From Acidimicrobiia bacterium (lineage in GTDB: Bacteria > Actinomycetota > Acidimicrobiia > Spongiisociales > ZC4RG35), in the NCBI GenBank assembly GCA_041744375.1, contig JBGTLA010000053.1, forward strand, positions 44,536 to 108,535: a stretch of DNA of 64,000 nt. Reading direction: 5' to 3'. Positions within the stretch are counted from its first letter, which is position 1, and the number at the start of each line of letters is the position of its first letter. Positions 18,038-27,990 of this stretch are shown here, in pieces. The notes beneath the pieces are model-generated. The model was not told where the DNA came from. It saw only the letters and a list, made by a program, of their open reading frames with translations, and did not search any database. Both the position numbers and the translations under genes were made by a program.

Positions 18038-20449
18038 TTGAACTCGCAATATCGGGTGGTCGTCGTCGGTGGGGGTGTGGTCGGAGCCAGCGTCTTGTAT
18101 CACCTGGCGAAGCTCGGCTGGACGGACGTGGCGATCGTGGAACGCAGCGTTCTCACGGCCGGGTCGAGTTGGCACGCAGCCGGCGGGGTCCATGCTCTCA
18201 ACGCCGATCCGAACATCGCCGCCCTCCAGGCCTACACCATCGACCTTCTCGCCGAGATCGAAGATGAGTCCGGTGTCGACATCGGGCTGCACATGACGGG
18301 CGGGATCTCCGTCGCTTCTGCCCCCGAGCGGTGGGAGTGGCTGCAGGACGCCTACCGGGTGTACCAGACGATGGGTATCGAGGATGTGAGGCTCATGGAG
18401 CCCGACGAGATTCGAGAGCTGTGCCCGATCATCAACATCGACGGTGTCTTCGGTGGGCTGTGGGCCGACCGCGAGGGATACATCGATCCCTCCGCAGTGG
18501 TACACGCCTACGCCAAGGCGGCGCGTCAGCTCGGCGCCACCGTCATCGAGCACAACCGTGTCGTCGATCTGAACCTGCGAGCCGACGGGCACTGGGACGT
18601 GGTCACCGAGCAAGGCACCATCGAGGCGGAGCATGTCGTCAACGCCGCCGGGCTGTGGGCTAAGCAGGTGGGGAGGATGGTGGGTGTCGAGCTTCCGGTG
18701 TCACCCTTGGCGCATCACTTCCTCATCACCGAGGCGATTCCCGAACTCGAACAGCGGGACTCTGAGATACCGATGATGATCGACCTCGAGGGTTTTACCT
18801 ACATGCGCCAGGAGCTGGGCGGCTTGCTGGTGGGGATCTATGAGATCAACCACCGGCACTGGAACATGGACGGTGCTCCTTGGAACTACGGGATCGAGTT
18901 GATACCTCCCGATGTGGACCGATTGTCCGACGAGCTGGCCGCCGCCATGTTCCGCTACCCGGTCCTCGAGGACACGGCCATCAACCGGTGGGTCAACGGC
19001 GCCTTCACGTTCTCTCCCGACGGAAACCCCCTCATCGGTCCCGTGCCCGGCGTGCCCAACTACTGGTCGGCGTGCGCGGTCATGGCCGGTTTCCTCCAGG
19101 GCGGGGGGGTGGGCAAGTCGCTGGCCGAGTGGATGATCGGAGGGGAGCCGGAAGAGGACATCTTCGGCATGGACGTCGCCAGGTTCGGGTCGTTCGCCGA
19201 GAACCGCGAGTACATCCGGCAGATGACGGGCCAGTTCTACTCGCGCCGTTTCGTGATGACCTACCCCAACGAGCAGTTGTGGGCAGGGCGACCGCTGCGG
19301 ATGGCCCCCGCCTATGACGCCATGACCGAGGCCGGGGCACAGTGGGGATGCTCCTACGGCCTCGAGGTACCGATCTACTTTGCCGAGCAAGGATTCGAGG
19401 AGACGCCCACGTTGCGGCGCTCCAACGCTTTCGACATCGTGGGCGAAGAGTGCCGTCGGGTACGGTCGGGTGTGGGGATCCTCGACATCGCCGGCTTTTC
19501 CCGGTACGAAGTCATCGGGCCCCACGCGGAAGAATGGCTCAACCATCTGGTGGCGAGTCGTCTCCCGGCGCCGGGCCGAATCAAGCTCGCTCCCATGCTC
19601 GGCCACGACGGGCGTCTCAAAGGCGATCTGACTCTCTTGAACTGGGGAGACGGGGTCTATTGGATCATGGGCTCCTACTACCTGCGGGCCTGGCACATGC
19701 GCTGGTTCAACGAACATATGACCGAGGGGGTGACGGTGCGCGACATCTCGGATGCCGTCGTAGGGTTCTCGCTTTCGGGGCCGAAATCGCGCCAGCTGTT
19801 GGAGCGGCTGACTCCCGACGACGTGTCGGCGGAGGCGATTCCCTTCATGAGTTGCAGCCGGCTGGATGTGGGGTTGCTCCGGGCCGGGGTGGGGCGGATT
19901 TCGGTGACCGGTGAGTTGGGTTATGAGATCCATTGTTCGGCGTCCGAGCACATCGCCCTACGGCGGATGCTCGTTGAGGCCGGCGCAGACCTGGGTGCGG
20001 TCGAGTATGGGTACAACGCGCTGTTGTCATTGAGGACGGAGAAGAGTTTCGGGGTCTGGTCGGCGGAGTTCCGACAGGAGTACACCCCCCAGATGACCGG
20101 AATGGATCGCTGGATCGACTGGTCGAAAGACTTCATCGGAGCCGAGCCGGCCCGCAAGGAGCACGAAGCCGACAGCGCTCCCCACAAGTTGGTGACGCTC
20201 GAGATCGATGCCATCGACGCCGATGCCTCGGGATACGAGCCGGTGTGGAGCGGCGCCACCCGGGTAGGGTTCATCACCTCGGGTGACTACGGCCACACCG
20301 TTGGGAAGAGCCTGGCAATAGCGTTGTTGGATCGGGGTTTCACCGACGAGGGAACCGAGCTGACCACCCATGTCGTGGGTGTGGAGCGCCCCGCCCGGGT
20401 CGTTGCCCCCTCCCCCTACGACCCGACCGGATCAGCGATGCGGCTGTGA
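18038..20449 (+). CDS. Dimethylglycine/sarcosine dehydrogenase family protein (FAD oxidoreductase plus GcvT-like aminomethyltransferase domain)
   Basis: 803 aa. N-terminal DAO FAD-binding region 'VVVVGGGVVGASVLYHL', C-terminal GcvT-like folate-binding domain. TTG start with GAGGAGG upstream. Confidence 0.85.
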   Translation: MNSQYRVVVVGGGVVGASVLYHLAKLGWTDVAIVERSVLTAGSSWHAAGGVHALNADPNIAALQAYTIDLLAEIEDESGVDIGLHMTGGISVASAPERWEWLQDAYRVYQTMGIEDVRLMEPDEIRELCPIINIDGVFGGLWADREGYIDPSAVVHAYAKAARQLGATVIEHNRVVDLNLRADGHWDVVTEQGTIEAEHVVNAAGLWAKQVGRMVGVELPVSPLAHHFLITEAIPELEQRDSEIPMMIDLEGFTYMRQELGGLLVGIYEINHRHWNMDGAPWNYGIELIPPDVDRLSDELAAAMFRYPVLEDTAINRWVNGAFTFSPDGNPLIGPVPGVPNYWSACAVMAGFLQGGGVGKSLAEWMIGGEPEEDIFGMDVARFGSFAENREYIRQMTGQFYSRRFVMTYPNEQLWAGRPLRMAPAYDAMTEAGAQWGCSYGLEVPIYFAEQGFEETPTLRRSNAFDIVGEECRRVRSGVGILDIAGFSRYEVIGPHAEEWLNHLVASRLPAPGRIKLAPMLGHDGRLKGDLTLLNWGDGVYWIMGSYYLRAWHMRWFNEHMTEGVTVRDISDAVVGFSLSGPKSRQLLERLTPDDVSAEAIPFMSCSRLDVGLLRAGVGRISVTGELGYEIHCSASEHIALRRMLVEAGADLGAVEYGYNALLSLRTEKSFGVWSAEFRQEYTPQMTGMDRWIDWSKDFIGAEPARKEHEADSAPHKLVTLEIDAIDADASGYEPVWSGATRVGFITSGDYGHTVGKSLAIALLDRGFTDEGTELTTHVVGVERPARVVAPSPYDPTGSAMRL

Positions 20450-20531
20450 CCGACCCCTTCCCAGTGCCACCCAGGCACTTGACAGCCCCCAGCGGAGGGA
20501 GAAGACATTCGCCCGTTCCCAACGGCATACG

Positions 20532-22010
20532 TCACCAGCGGAACAAGGCCTGGGCCACCGCTTTCCAATAACGCAGACCGCGCCGGCGGGGATACCGTGC
20601 TCCGAGCAGCGCCGACGTCGAGATGGGCAGCCGGGTGGCGGTGATCCCTTGGGCGTAACAGAAAGAGCGAATTCCCTCTGGGCCGAAGGCCACCCCGAGA
20701 CCGGAGTCCCCGATGCCGCCGAAGGGCAGGGAGGGCATGATGAAGTTGACATCGAGATCGTTGATGGCGACTGTGCCCGAGCGGATGCGGGAGGCGATGC
20801 GGGCGGCGCGACTGCGGTCGCGCCCCCACACGGAGGCGTGGAGTCCGTAGCGGTTGTCGTTGGCCATCTCGACGGCGGCTTGTTCGTCGGCCACGCGCAT
20901 GACCGAGATGATCGGGCCGAATGTTTCCTCCCGCATGATCGCCATCGTGTGGTCGACCTCGGTGAGCAGGGTGGGTTCGTAGTAGAAGCCGGAGACGTTC
21001 TCGACCCGTCGGCCGCCCCGCACCAGTCGAGCTCCCTTGGCGAGGGCGTCGGCGATGTGAGCTTCGATCAGCTCGAGCTGAGCCTGGTCGATGACGGGGC
21101 CGATCTCGTGACGGTCGTCGGTGCCGGCGGCCACATCCTCCAGCGCCCTGTCCAACTCGGCGAGGAAGGGTGCGTAGATGGCGTCGACTGCATAGACCCG
21201 TTCGACGGAAACGCAGGTTTGCCCGGCGTTGAGCATGCCGCTCCAAACCACCGCCTGGGCGGTGCGCCTGAGGTGGGCGTCGTCGAGGACGATGATGGGG
21301 TCCTTGCCGCCGAGCTCGAGAACGGCCGGTATCAGGCGTCGGCCGGCCGTCTCCCCCACTTTCTTGCCTACCGCGGTCGAGCCGGTGAAGGCGACCGCAT
21401 CGACTTGATTGACGAGGGCTGCTCCTACATTTCCGGCTCCGTGGACGACCTGGACCAGATCCGGCGGCAGGCCGGCGTCACCGGCGATGTGCCCCAAGAG
21501 CTCTCCGGTGAGGGGGGTCTTCTCGGAGGGTTTGAGCACTACCGAGCACCCGGCGGCGAGGGCTGTGAAGGCGGGAATCATCGAGAGAAAGAACGGGTAG
21601 TTGGAGGGTGAGATCACGCCCACCACCCCCCTGGGGTGGTATTCGGTCCATCCCCGTGTGGAGAGGTAGGGCCAGGAACCGGCGCGACGTGGCTTGAGGT
21701 AGCGGTGGGCATGGCGAAGGTAGTGGTCCATAACGGTCAGGGAGGTGACGACATCGAAGGCGTAGGCATCGCCGATCGGTTTACCCGTCTCCGAGGCCAC
21801 CGTCCGGGCCACCTCGTGGCCGCGAGCGAGGACCGTGCGCTTGAAAGCCCGCAGCACGATCCGGCGGTCGTCATGTTCGAGGGAGCTCCACTCTGCGAAC
21901 ACCTTGCGTGAGCGCTCAACCACCGTACCTATCGATTCGGGTGAGGTGACGGCGACGTCACCCACCGGCTCCAGCGTGCAGGGGTCGTAGGAGATGATCC
22001 GTTCTTGCAT
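20532..22010 (-). CDS. Aldehyde dehydrogenase family protein
   Basis: 492 aa with ALDH motifs 'ELGGKDP' and 'GQTCVSVERVY' (catalytic Cys). Confidence 0.85.
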   Translation of the reverse strand: MQERIISYDPCTLEPVGDVAVTSPESIGTVVERSRKVFAEWSSLEHDDRRIVLRAFKRTVLARGHEVARTVASETGKPIGDAYAFDVVTSLTVMDHYLRHAHRYLKPRRAGSWPYLSTRGWTEYHPRGVVGVISPSNYPFFLSMIPAFTALAAGCSVVLKPSEKTPLTGELLGHIAGDAGLPPDLVQVVHGAGNVGAALVNQVDAVAFTGSTAVGKKVGETAGRRLIPAVLELGGKDPIIVLDDAHLRRTAQAVVWSGMLNAGQTCVSVERVYAVDAIYAPFLAELDRALEDVAAGTDDRHEIGPVIDQAQLELIEAHIADALAKGARLVRGGRRVENVSGFYYEPTLLTEVDHTMAIMREETFGPIISVMRVADEQAAVEMANDNRYGLHASVWGRDRSRAARIASRIRSGTVAINDLDVNFIMPSLPFGGIGDSGLGVAFGPEGIRSFCYAQGITATRLPISTSALLGARYPRRRGLRYWKAVAQALFRW

Positions 22011-22059
22011 CAGGGGCGAATCGTACGCTCACTCCGGCGGTGTGGCGACAATCGTCTGT

Positions 22060-22584
22060 CTAGTGCGATCGAATGGTGTCGGCGAGCCGTCGTGCCAGGT
22101 TTCGCAACATCCCCAGCGCGATAGTCGGCTCTCTCTCCAGTAGTTCGTCGAGATCCAGACGGCTGATGGCCAGGGCTCTCACATCCGTCAACGCCGATAC
22201 CCGGGCAGTCCGGGGTGTGTCTGCCAGGACCGACAGTTCCCCGACGAACCCTCCCGGCCCCACGGTGATCGGGGCGTTGTCGCCCATGTCGACTTGGACC
22301 GAACCGTCTTCGATCACGAACAGGCCGTTGCCCGCCTGACCCCGCTCCATCAGCACGTGACCTTTCGAGGCCTGGAACTCGTTGGCGATGGCTGCCAGGT
22401 GCTCCAGGCCGCTCTGATCGAGTGACGAGAAGATGGGCACCTGGTGCAGGCGTTGGGTATCTGGTGTTGTCACACGCTCAGGGTAGCGATGGAGGCGTGG
22501 GGCATCCGCCGACCAGCGTCGATGTCCGGGACAGTCGTGAGCAACTGTTTCCAAGGCGTCGACGACAGTCCTGCGCCCGCGCAC
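22060..22584 (-). CDS. Standalone cyclic-nucleotide-binding (cNMP) domain protein
   Basis: CAP-family cNMP-binding beta-roll ('GHVLMERGQAGNGLFVIEDGSVQV', 'FVGELSVLADTPRTARVSALTDV') with no HTH domain. The exact start is uncertain. Confidence 0.65.
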   Translation of the reverse strand: MRGRRTVVDALETVAHDCPGHRRWSADAPRLHRYPERVTTPDTQRLHQVPIFSSLDQSGLEHLAAIANEFQASKGHVLMERGQAGNGLFVIEDGSVQVDMGDNAPITVGPGGFVGELSVLADTPRTARVSALTDVRALAISRLDLDELLEREPTIALGMLRNLARRLADTIRSH

Positions 22585-22623
22585 CGGCGACCAAGCTCCG
22601 CTCTTACCTGACCATTCGCCAGT

Positions 22624-23118
22624 TCATGTCGCGGTGGGATCGGCCCGCTGCTGGAACCTTCTCAGCTGGTCGGCCGCACTCTGGCGGATTCGGTTCTGCA
22701 TCCACGGTGTCCGGCCCAAGAGCACACCCGGCACTCCGGTGGCCTGGCGGGCCCAGGCGCCCAGGTCGAAGTGGTCGCGATGGGCCACAATCTGTCCGCT
22801 TGCGAACTCGAACTCGGCTGCGATGAGGTTGCGCACGGACCGTCGGGTCGGAGGAAAAGCGTAAGAGGCCTGCCAGCGGGCCGTGCCCTCTCGGTCGTCG
22901 GCGGTCACGTCTGAGAACTCCACCGTGAGGTCGGCCCCAGCAGCGCAGAACATCCGCCACATGTCACCGATATCGGATCCGGTCAGGTCGAAGATCGGAT
23001 CGTGAAACGTTGCCTCGGGGTGGTACAGGAGCGCCATGGCTTCGGCATTGCCGGCCCCGAGCGCCTGGTAGAGCAGGGTGATGGTGGCGGCGTTGGCATG
23101 CACGGTGCTGGTCCCCAA
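22624..23118 (-). CDS. NTF2-like/SnoaL-like family protein
   Basis: 164-aa small alpha+beta protein with a ketosteroid-isomerase-like pattern. Moderate call. Confidence 0.5.
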   Translation of the reverse strand: MGTSTVHANAATITLLYQALGAGNAEAMALLYHPEATFHDPIFDLTGSDIGDMWRMFCAAGADLTVEFSDVTADDREGTARWQASYAFPPTRRSVRNLIAAEFEFASGQIVAHRDHFDLGAWARQATGVPGVLLGRTPWMQNRIRQSAADQLRRFQQRADPTAT

Positions 23119-23124
23119 CTTCTC

Positions 23125-26100
23125 TCAACCGGTGGCGGCTTCGGCCGGAGCGGCTGTGGGTAGGCCGTCGGCGAACACCTCGAGCAGGTTGACCCGACCA
23201 TGACCGACGAAGATGCGGTGGGCGGATTCCGCCGCCTCGGCTCCGAGCGGGTCCTCGGGTCCGAGGAGTCGGGCGACGGTGGCGTTGATCACCCCCACCA
23301 TGCTCTCATGGCGAATCTTGTGGGTTTCATCGAGGAGGTGGCGGGCGAGGTTGGTGGCGTCGTCGACGTCGCCACCACCTGCTGTCGCCGCAGCCGCGAA
23401 TGTCTGCAGGGCGGAGATGAGACGGCCTCGCTCACGAATCATCGAGATTCTCTCGGCGGCGGCGGCGACCTGGTCGGGGTCGTCGAGCCAGATGGCGGCG
23501 ATGAGAGCCCATTCGAGCTCGCTGGGATATCCGTACACGTGCTCCACGGCCATCGCCTGGTCGTAACCCTCGGCGAAGTCCCCCGCCATGACGCTCACTT
23601 CGGCGTTGAGCCACCCGGCGATGGCCTTGATCTGCGGCTCTTGTGTCTCGCCCAGGACTTCGAGGTTGGCTCTGACCTTTTCGAGGCCGGCGGCCGCATC
23701 TCCGTTGGTCAGTTCGACGAAGGCCCACAGGTACTCGAATTGCCGTCGGGTGGTCTCCGGCATGACGGCGGGGTCCAGCTGAGCTTCGATGGCACGCACC
23801 TCGCTCAAGCGGCCGTTCTCCTGGAGGACCGCCGCCCGGTCGAAGGCGTAGCGGTAGATCCACGACGGATCCCCCAGCGCCAGCGCCTTCTCCCAGGCAG
23901 CCCTGCCGTTCTCATCGGTAGCTTTGTGGTCTTCGAGCCCGAGGACCACGCCGATGTTGTTGTGGGCTCGCAGAGCGGCCAGGGTCAGGTCGTGTGCCTC
24001 GGCCAGAGCGAGCGCGCCCCGGATGACGGCCAGGCTCTCGTGTCGCCGTCCTACCTCGATGAGCGACGTCCCCTTGGTGATGAGGAGGTCGACGAGCACG
24101 GGGAGATCCTCCGATCGCTCGGCGGCGGGGAGGGCCGCCTCGGCCACCTCAATCGAGTCGATGGGTTGGTTGGCCATCATGTGAGCCCGGGACAAGGCCG
24201 CCGCCAGTGCCAGCTCGGGCGAGGTGGCGGGCGGATCGTGGTCGGCGAAGACGGGCTTCAACTCGTCGATGGCGTCGAATGGGCGGTTGCTGTCGATGAG
24301 GCCCGTCCCGACCAACGTCATCGCCCGCAGTCGACCGTCTTCGTCGGGAATATCGGCGAAGTTCGACGCCGCCGACCGGGAAGCGGCGAGCGCCTGCTCA
24401 CCGTCGGCCAGGCCCCCGGCGGCTCCCGACCGCAGCAACTGCAGCTCGCCCTTGACTCGTTCATCGACGGCCATCGCCCTGGCGCGGTCGCTCAGTGCCA
24501 GGACCTGGCGGTGGGAGTGGAGGTCCGCGGCCCGGCGAGCGCTGCGCATCAGTGCTTCCAGGCCGCGGTTGGCCAGCTCCGCCGCGTCAGGTGCCTCAGG
24601 ATCGGCCCGGTGGGCGTCGATGAGGTGAGAGGCGACGACCCCGGCCACCTCGACGTCCTCGATCTGCTCGAAATAGTCAGCGACGGCGAGGTGGCGCTTC
24701 TTGCGTTCCCCCAAGGTGAGGCGGCCGTACGCCACCTCGCGAATAAGGCCCTGGATGAATTGGTACTGGCCACGTTCCGGTGAACGCGGGTCGTCTTCGA
24801 GCCGCAGGATCTCGGTGTCGACGAGGCGGGCCAGGAGTGGTTCGATCTCCTCTCGTCCCGTGCCGGCCACGACGCCGAGACCTTCGATGGTGAAGGACTG
24901 GCCCAAGACGGCGGCGTTCTTGAGCAGCGCCCGCAACTCCGGCTCGAGACGATCGATACGCGCACCGATGACGGCCTGGAGGGAGTCGGGAACCGTGATC
25001 CTCGCGATGTCGCCCTCGACGCGGTAGGTGCCGTCTCCGGCCGCCACGACGGTGCCGTCGTTGACCAGGGTTCTGATCATCTCGACCGCGTACAACGGAA
25101 CACCGGCGGCGCGTTCGACGATGGCGCTGAGGATGTGCCTGTCGAGGCCGGGAACGGTTCCTCCGACCAAGTCGCGCATGGAGCCGTCGGCGATGGGTCC
25201 GAGGTGGATCGAAGTTAGGTTGCGGCGTCCCCCTCCCCACCCTTCGGCACGGTCCAACAGGTCGGGGCGAGCCAGTGAGACGACCAGGATGGGATGGTGG
25301 GGTGAGCGGTCGATCAGCTCTTCGATGAATTCGAGAAGGCCGGCGTCGGCCCAATGGAGGTCCTCGAACACCAGCACCGTCGTGCCTCGCTCGGAGATGC
25401 GCTGGAAGAAGGTGCGGATGGCGGCGTACAGCTCGGTGCGGTCGCCGGCTGGCATCTCTTCCAGGCCGAGGAGCCCCGCCAGACGCGGTTCGATCCAACG
25501 CTGGTCTTCGGAGTCGGGGAGATACTCGGCTACGGCGGTCCGCAGGCGCATGCGGGATTTCTGGGGATCTTCGAGCTCGCCCAAACCCGTGCGACGCCGA
25601 ATCATTTCTCCCAGCGACCAGAACGTCAGTCCGTCGCCATAGGCCGGGGAGCGGCCCTGGTGCCAATAGATGTCGTCGACGAGCCCATCGACATACTTCT
25701 GGAACTCCCAGGCGAGCCTGCTCTTGCCGATCCCGGGCTCCCCGACGATCGACAACATACGGGCCCGCCGTTCGGATCCGGTGACGTGGAGAAGGTCTTT
25801 CAAGAGCCTCAGCTCGTGGTCACGGCCGACAAAGGGAGGCTCGAGGCCATCGCTACGGCCGCGGCCACCTCGGGCGGTAGCCACCCGGACGGCCCTCCAC
25901 ACTCGAATCGGCGCCTCTTTCCCCTTCAGCTCTCTCAGTCCTATCTCCTCGTAGGTGATCGACCCGTCGGTGAGTTCTTTGGTCGAGTCGCCAACGGCGA
26001 CCGTGCCGGGGGTGGCGATGGATTGGAGCCGGGCGGCCGTGTTGACCACGTCGCCCAGGACCAGGCCCGTTTCGTTCCCACCCGGTCCGACGGCGGTTTC

Positions 26101-26664
26101 GCCCGTCAGCACTCCCACCCGGAGACTCAAGTCGGCCACCCCGATCTCCTCTCCGAGGGAGCCGATTGCATCCACCAGTTCGAGGGCCGCCCGCACGGCG
26201 CGTTCGGCGTCGTCCGGTTCGGCCACTGTGGCCCCCCAGAAGACGGTGATGGCGTCACCAGTGAATTTGTCTATCACACCGCCGAACCGCTCGACGATCG
26301 CCCGGGACCTGTCGAAGTATGCGGTGAGCATGGCCCGTACCCGCTCCGGATCCCGGGTTTCGGAAAAGGCGGTAAACCCGACCAAGTCACAGAAGAGCGA
26401 GGTGACCAGTCGCCGTTCGGCCAGCGCGGGTGTCGGAGCCGTGGCGGCGGGAGCGTCCGCCGGCGGTGAGTGCTGCAGGGCCGAGCCGCACTCGGGACAG
26501 AACCTGTGGCCCGGTTGAGCATGGTGACCACACTCAGCGCAGCTGATGCTCAGCCTGTTTCCGCACTCAGCGCAGAACTTGTGACTGGCGTCGTTGTCGA
26601 ACTCGCAGGATGGGCAATACAAGGCGTCCTCCCTGCCGGAGGGTACCGGCGGGGGGCGCACCAC
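23125..26664 (-). CDS. Multidomain signalling protein: double zinc-ribbon, class III adenylate cyclase, AAA/STAND ATPase and TPR repeats
   Basis: N-terminal 'CPSCEFDN...CAECGNRL...CAECGHHA...CPECGSAL', then a CYCc domain ('LFCDLVGFTAFSE', 'KFTGDAITVFW', 'GDVVNTAARLQS'), a P-loop 'GEPGIGKSRLA' with Walker B 'VLVFEDLHWAD', and a long TPR-like C-terminus. Start reassigned to GTG 26664 (GGAG 7 nt upstream) because the ATGs at 26862 and 26823 overlap the RRM gene and its terminator hairpin. Confidence 0.8.
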   Translation of the reverse strand: MVRPPPVPSGREDALYCPSCEFDNDASHKFCAECGNRLSISCAECGHHAQPGHRFCPECGSALQHSPPADAPAATAPTPALAERRLVTSLFCDLVGFTAFSETRDPERVRAMLTAYFDRSRAIVERFGGVIDKFTGDAITVFWGATVAEPDDAERAVRAALELVDAIGSLGEEIGVADLSLRVGVLTGETAVGPGGNETGLVLGDVVNTAARLQSIATPGTVAVGDSTKELTDGSITYEEIGLRELKGKEAPIRVWRAVRVATARGGRGRSDGLEPPFVGRDHELRLLKDLLHVTGSERRARMLSIVGEPGIGKSRLAWEFQKYVDGLVDDIYWHQGRSPAYGDGLTFWSLGEMIRRRTGLGELEDPQKSRMRLRTAVAEYLPDSEDQRWIEPRLAGLLGLEEMPAGDRTELYAAIRTFFQRISERGTTVLVFEDLHWADAGLLEFIEELIDRSPHHPILVVSLARPDLLDRAEGWGGGRRNLTSIHLGPIADGSMRDLVGGTVPGLDRHILSAIVERAAGVPLYAVEMIRTLVNDGTVVAAGDGTYRVEGDIARITVPDSLQAVIGARIDRLEPELRALLKNAAVLGQSFTIEGLGVVAGTGREEIEPLLARLVDTEILRLEDDPRSPERGQYQFIQGLIREVAYGRLTLGERKKRHLAVADYFEQIEDVEVAGVVASHLIDAHRADPEAPDAAELANRGLEALMRSARRAADLHSHRQVLALSDRARAMAVDERVKGELQLLRSGAAGGLADGEQALAASRSAASNFADIPDEDGRLRAMTLVGTGLIDSNRPFDAIDELKPVFADHDPPATSPELALAAALSRAHMMANQPIDSIEVAEAALPAAERSEDLPVLVDLLITKGTSLIEVGRRHESLAVIRGALALAEAHDLTLAALRAHNNIGVVLGLEDHKATDENGRAAWEKALALGDPSWIYRYAFDRAAVLQENGRLSEVRAIEAQLDPAVMPETTRRQFEYLWAFVELTNGDAAAGLEKVRANLEVLGETQEPQIKAIAGWLNAEVSVMAGDFAEGYDQAMAVEHVYGYPSELEWALIAAIWLDDPDQVAAAAERISMIRERGRLISALQTFAAAATAGGGDVDDATNLARHLLDETHKIRHESMVGVINATVARLLGPEDPLGAEAAESAHRIFVGHGRVNLLEVFADGLPTAAPAEAATG

Positions 26665-26708
26665 GCTCGATCTCCGGTGAGGCGGAGTTTCGATGCCCCC
26701 ACGAAGAA

Positions 26709-26733
26709 GGTCCCCGTCGGTACGACGGGGACC
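26709..26733 (-). terminator. Intrinsic terminator-like hairpin downstream of the RRM gene
   Basis: Perfect palindrome GGTCCCCGTCG-GTAC-CGACGGGGACC (11-bp GC-rich stem), followed on the minus strand by UUCUUCG, 38 nt after the RRM stop codon. Confidence 0.55.
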
Positions 26734-26770
26734 TTCCGTGGCGGCTGTCGCTGCCCTTAAGCGTGCTTCC

Positions 26771-27025
26771 TCAGCGGGAGCGTTCCTTGGCGAGGTTGAC
26801 GGTGAGCTCGCGCCCGTCGACATCCTTGCCGTTGAGTGACGAAATGGCCTTCTGGGCCTCATCGGCGGAGCTCATCTCGACGAAGCCGAAACCGCGTGAG
26901 CGGCCCGAGTCCCGATCGGAGATGACCTGGGCGCTCGTGACCTGACCATGGGGCGCGAAGAGCGTCTCCAGGTCGTTCGAGCTGGTGTTGAACGTGAGGT
27001 TTCCCACGTAGAGTTTGTTGGACAT
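26771..27025 (-). CDS. RNA-binding protein with single RRM domain
   Basis: 84 aa with RNP-2 'LYVGNL' and RNP-1 'RGFGFVEM'. Confidence 0.9.
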   Translation of the reverse strand: MSNKLYVGNLTFNTSSNDLETLFAPHGQVTSAQVISDRDSGRSRGFGFVEMSSADEAQKAISSLNGKDVDGRELTVNLAKERSR

Positions 27026-27339
27026 TGCCTTGCTCCTTTGAGCTGAACCGTCGAATTGCTAGACGCCTCCGCAGGTCGAGCAGATGAATCCGGGTCTGTC
27101 TATGCGACGGGTGGAGACTTGCTTGCCCTGCGGCGACTTCACCCGACGGAACGAGACAAGCGAAGAAGAGGCGCAGCACGCACCAGGCGTGCGCTGTGAT
27201 CCCGAGTATAGCGGCTCGGTGGGGATGTGGCCCAAGTGTCACCCAATCTCACATCTGCGGTAGGGTCGGGCGTGAAACCCCGATTCTCCCGGATCGGATC
27301 GCTCTCAAGGACACGTGATGTCTCAACCAGGTTCTCCCC

Positions 27340-27636
27340 TTGTCTTCCTTTCCCGCTCGACCGCCGAAACTGGATCCTGACATGGCCAGGCGAGGACGCG
27401 AAGCGATGAACAAACGAGCCCGCGAAAGGGCGCGTCAAGAGAGACAAGAGGCCAAACAGGAAAAGCGAGAGTTGCGCGCCGATGAGCCGGCGCCCGAGGT
27501 CGTCGACGAAAACGCACTCATGGACGAGTTTGCCCGGCTCAGCGAGATGTACTCGGCCGAAAAGATCACCGAGGGAGAGTATGCCGAGGAGCGCCGCCGC
27601 ATCTTCGAAGAGCTCGGCATACCCAGCGACGGCTGA
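27340..27636 (+). CDS. Small charged protein with SHOCT-like C-terminal motif
   Basis: 98 aa with a Lys/Arg/Glu-rich N-terminus, then 'LSEMYSAEKITEGEYAEERRRIFEELG', which resembles SHOCT. Confidence 0.4.
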   Translation: MSSFPARPPKLDPDMARRGREAMNKRARERARQERQEAKQEKRELRADEPAPEVVDENALMDEFARLSEMYSAEKITEGEYAEERRRIFEELGIPSDG

Positions 27637-27990
27637 CGCGTCTGACCCAACGGGCCGGCGGTAGGCTCGACTCTCATGGAGGGACAACAGCCACGGGTGT
27701 GCGGTTGGCGGGACGACCTCGACTCGACACGCCGGGGTGAATTCTGGGTGGACCGCGAGGCTCTGACCGAGGTCATGTCGAGTCTCACGCCCTCGGAGCG
27801 GTCGATGTTCCGTTGGGGGATCGTGGAGGAATTCAATCGGGGTCTCGAAATCATCTTGGTGCAAGATCAGGCCGTGGGCGAGATGAGAGAAGACTTCACG
27901 GACCAGTGACGGCGTAGCCGCGCGGCTGACTCTTGCGTTCCTGGAGGGCGCTGCGCAGACGCCGAGAGCGATGGTTGGTAGCGTTGGCGG

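Noticed and set aside
20370-21611. 413-aa plus-strand ORF
   Set aside because: Antisense to the aldehyde dehydrogenase gene, which carries clear family motifs. Spurious.
23200-24783. 527-aa plus-strand ORF
   Set aside because: Antisense to the multidomain cyclase/STAND gene. No motifs. High-GC artefact.
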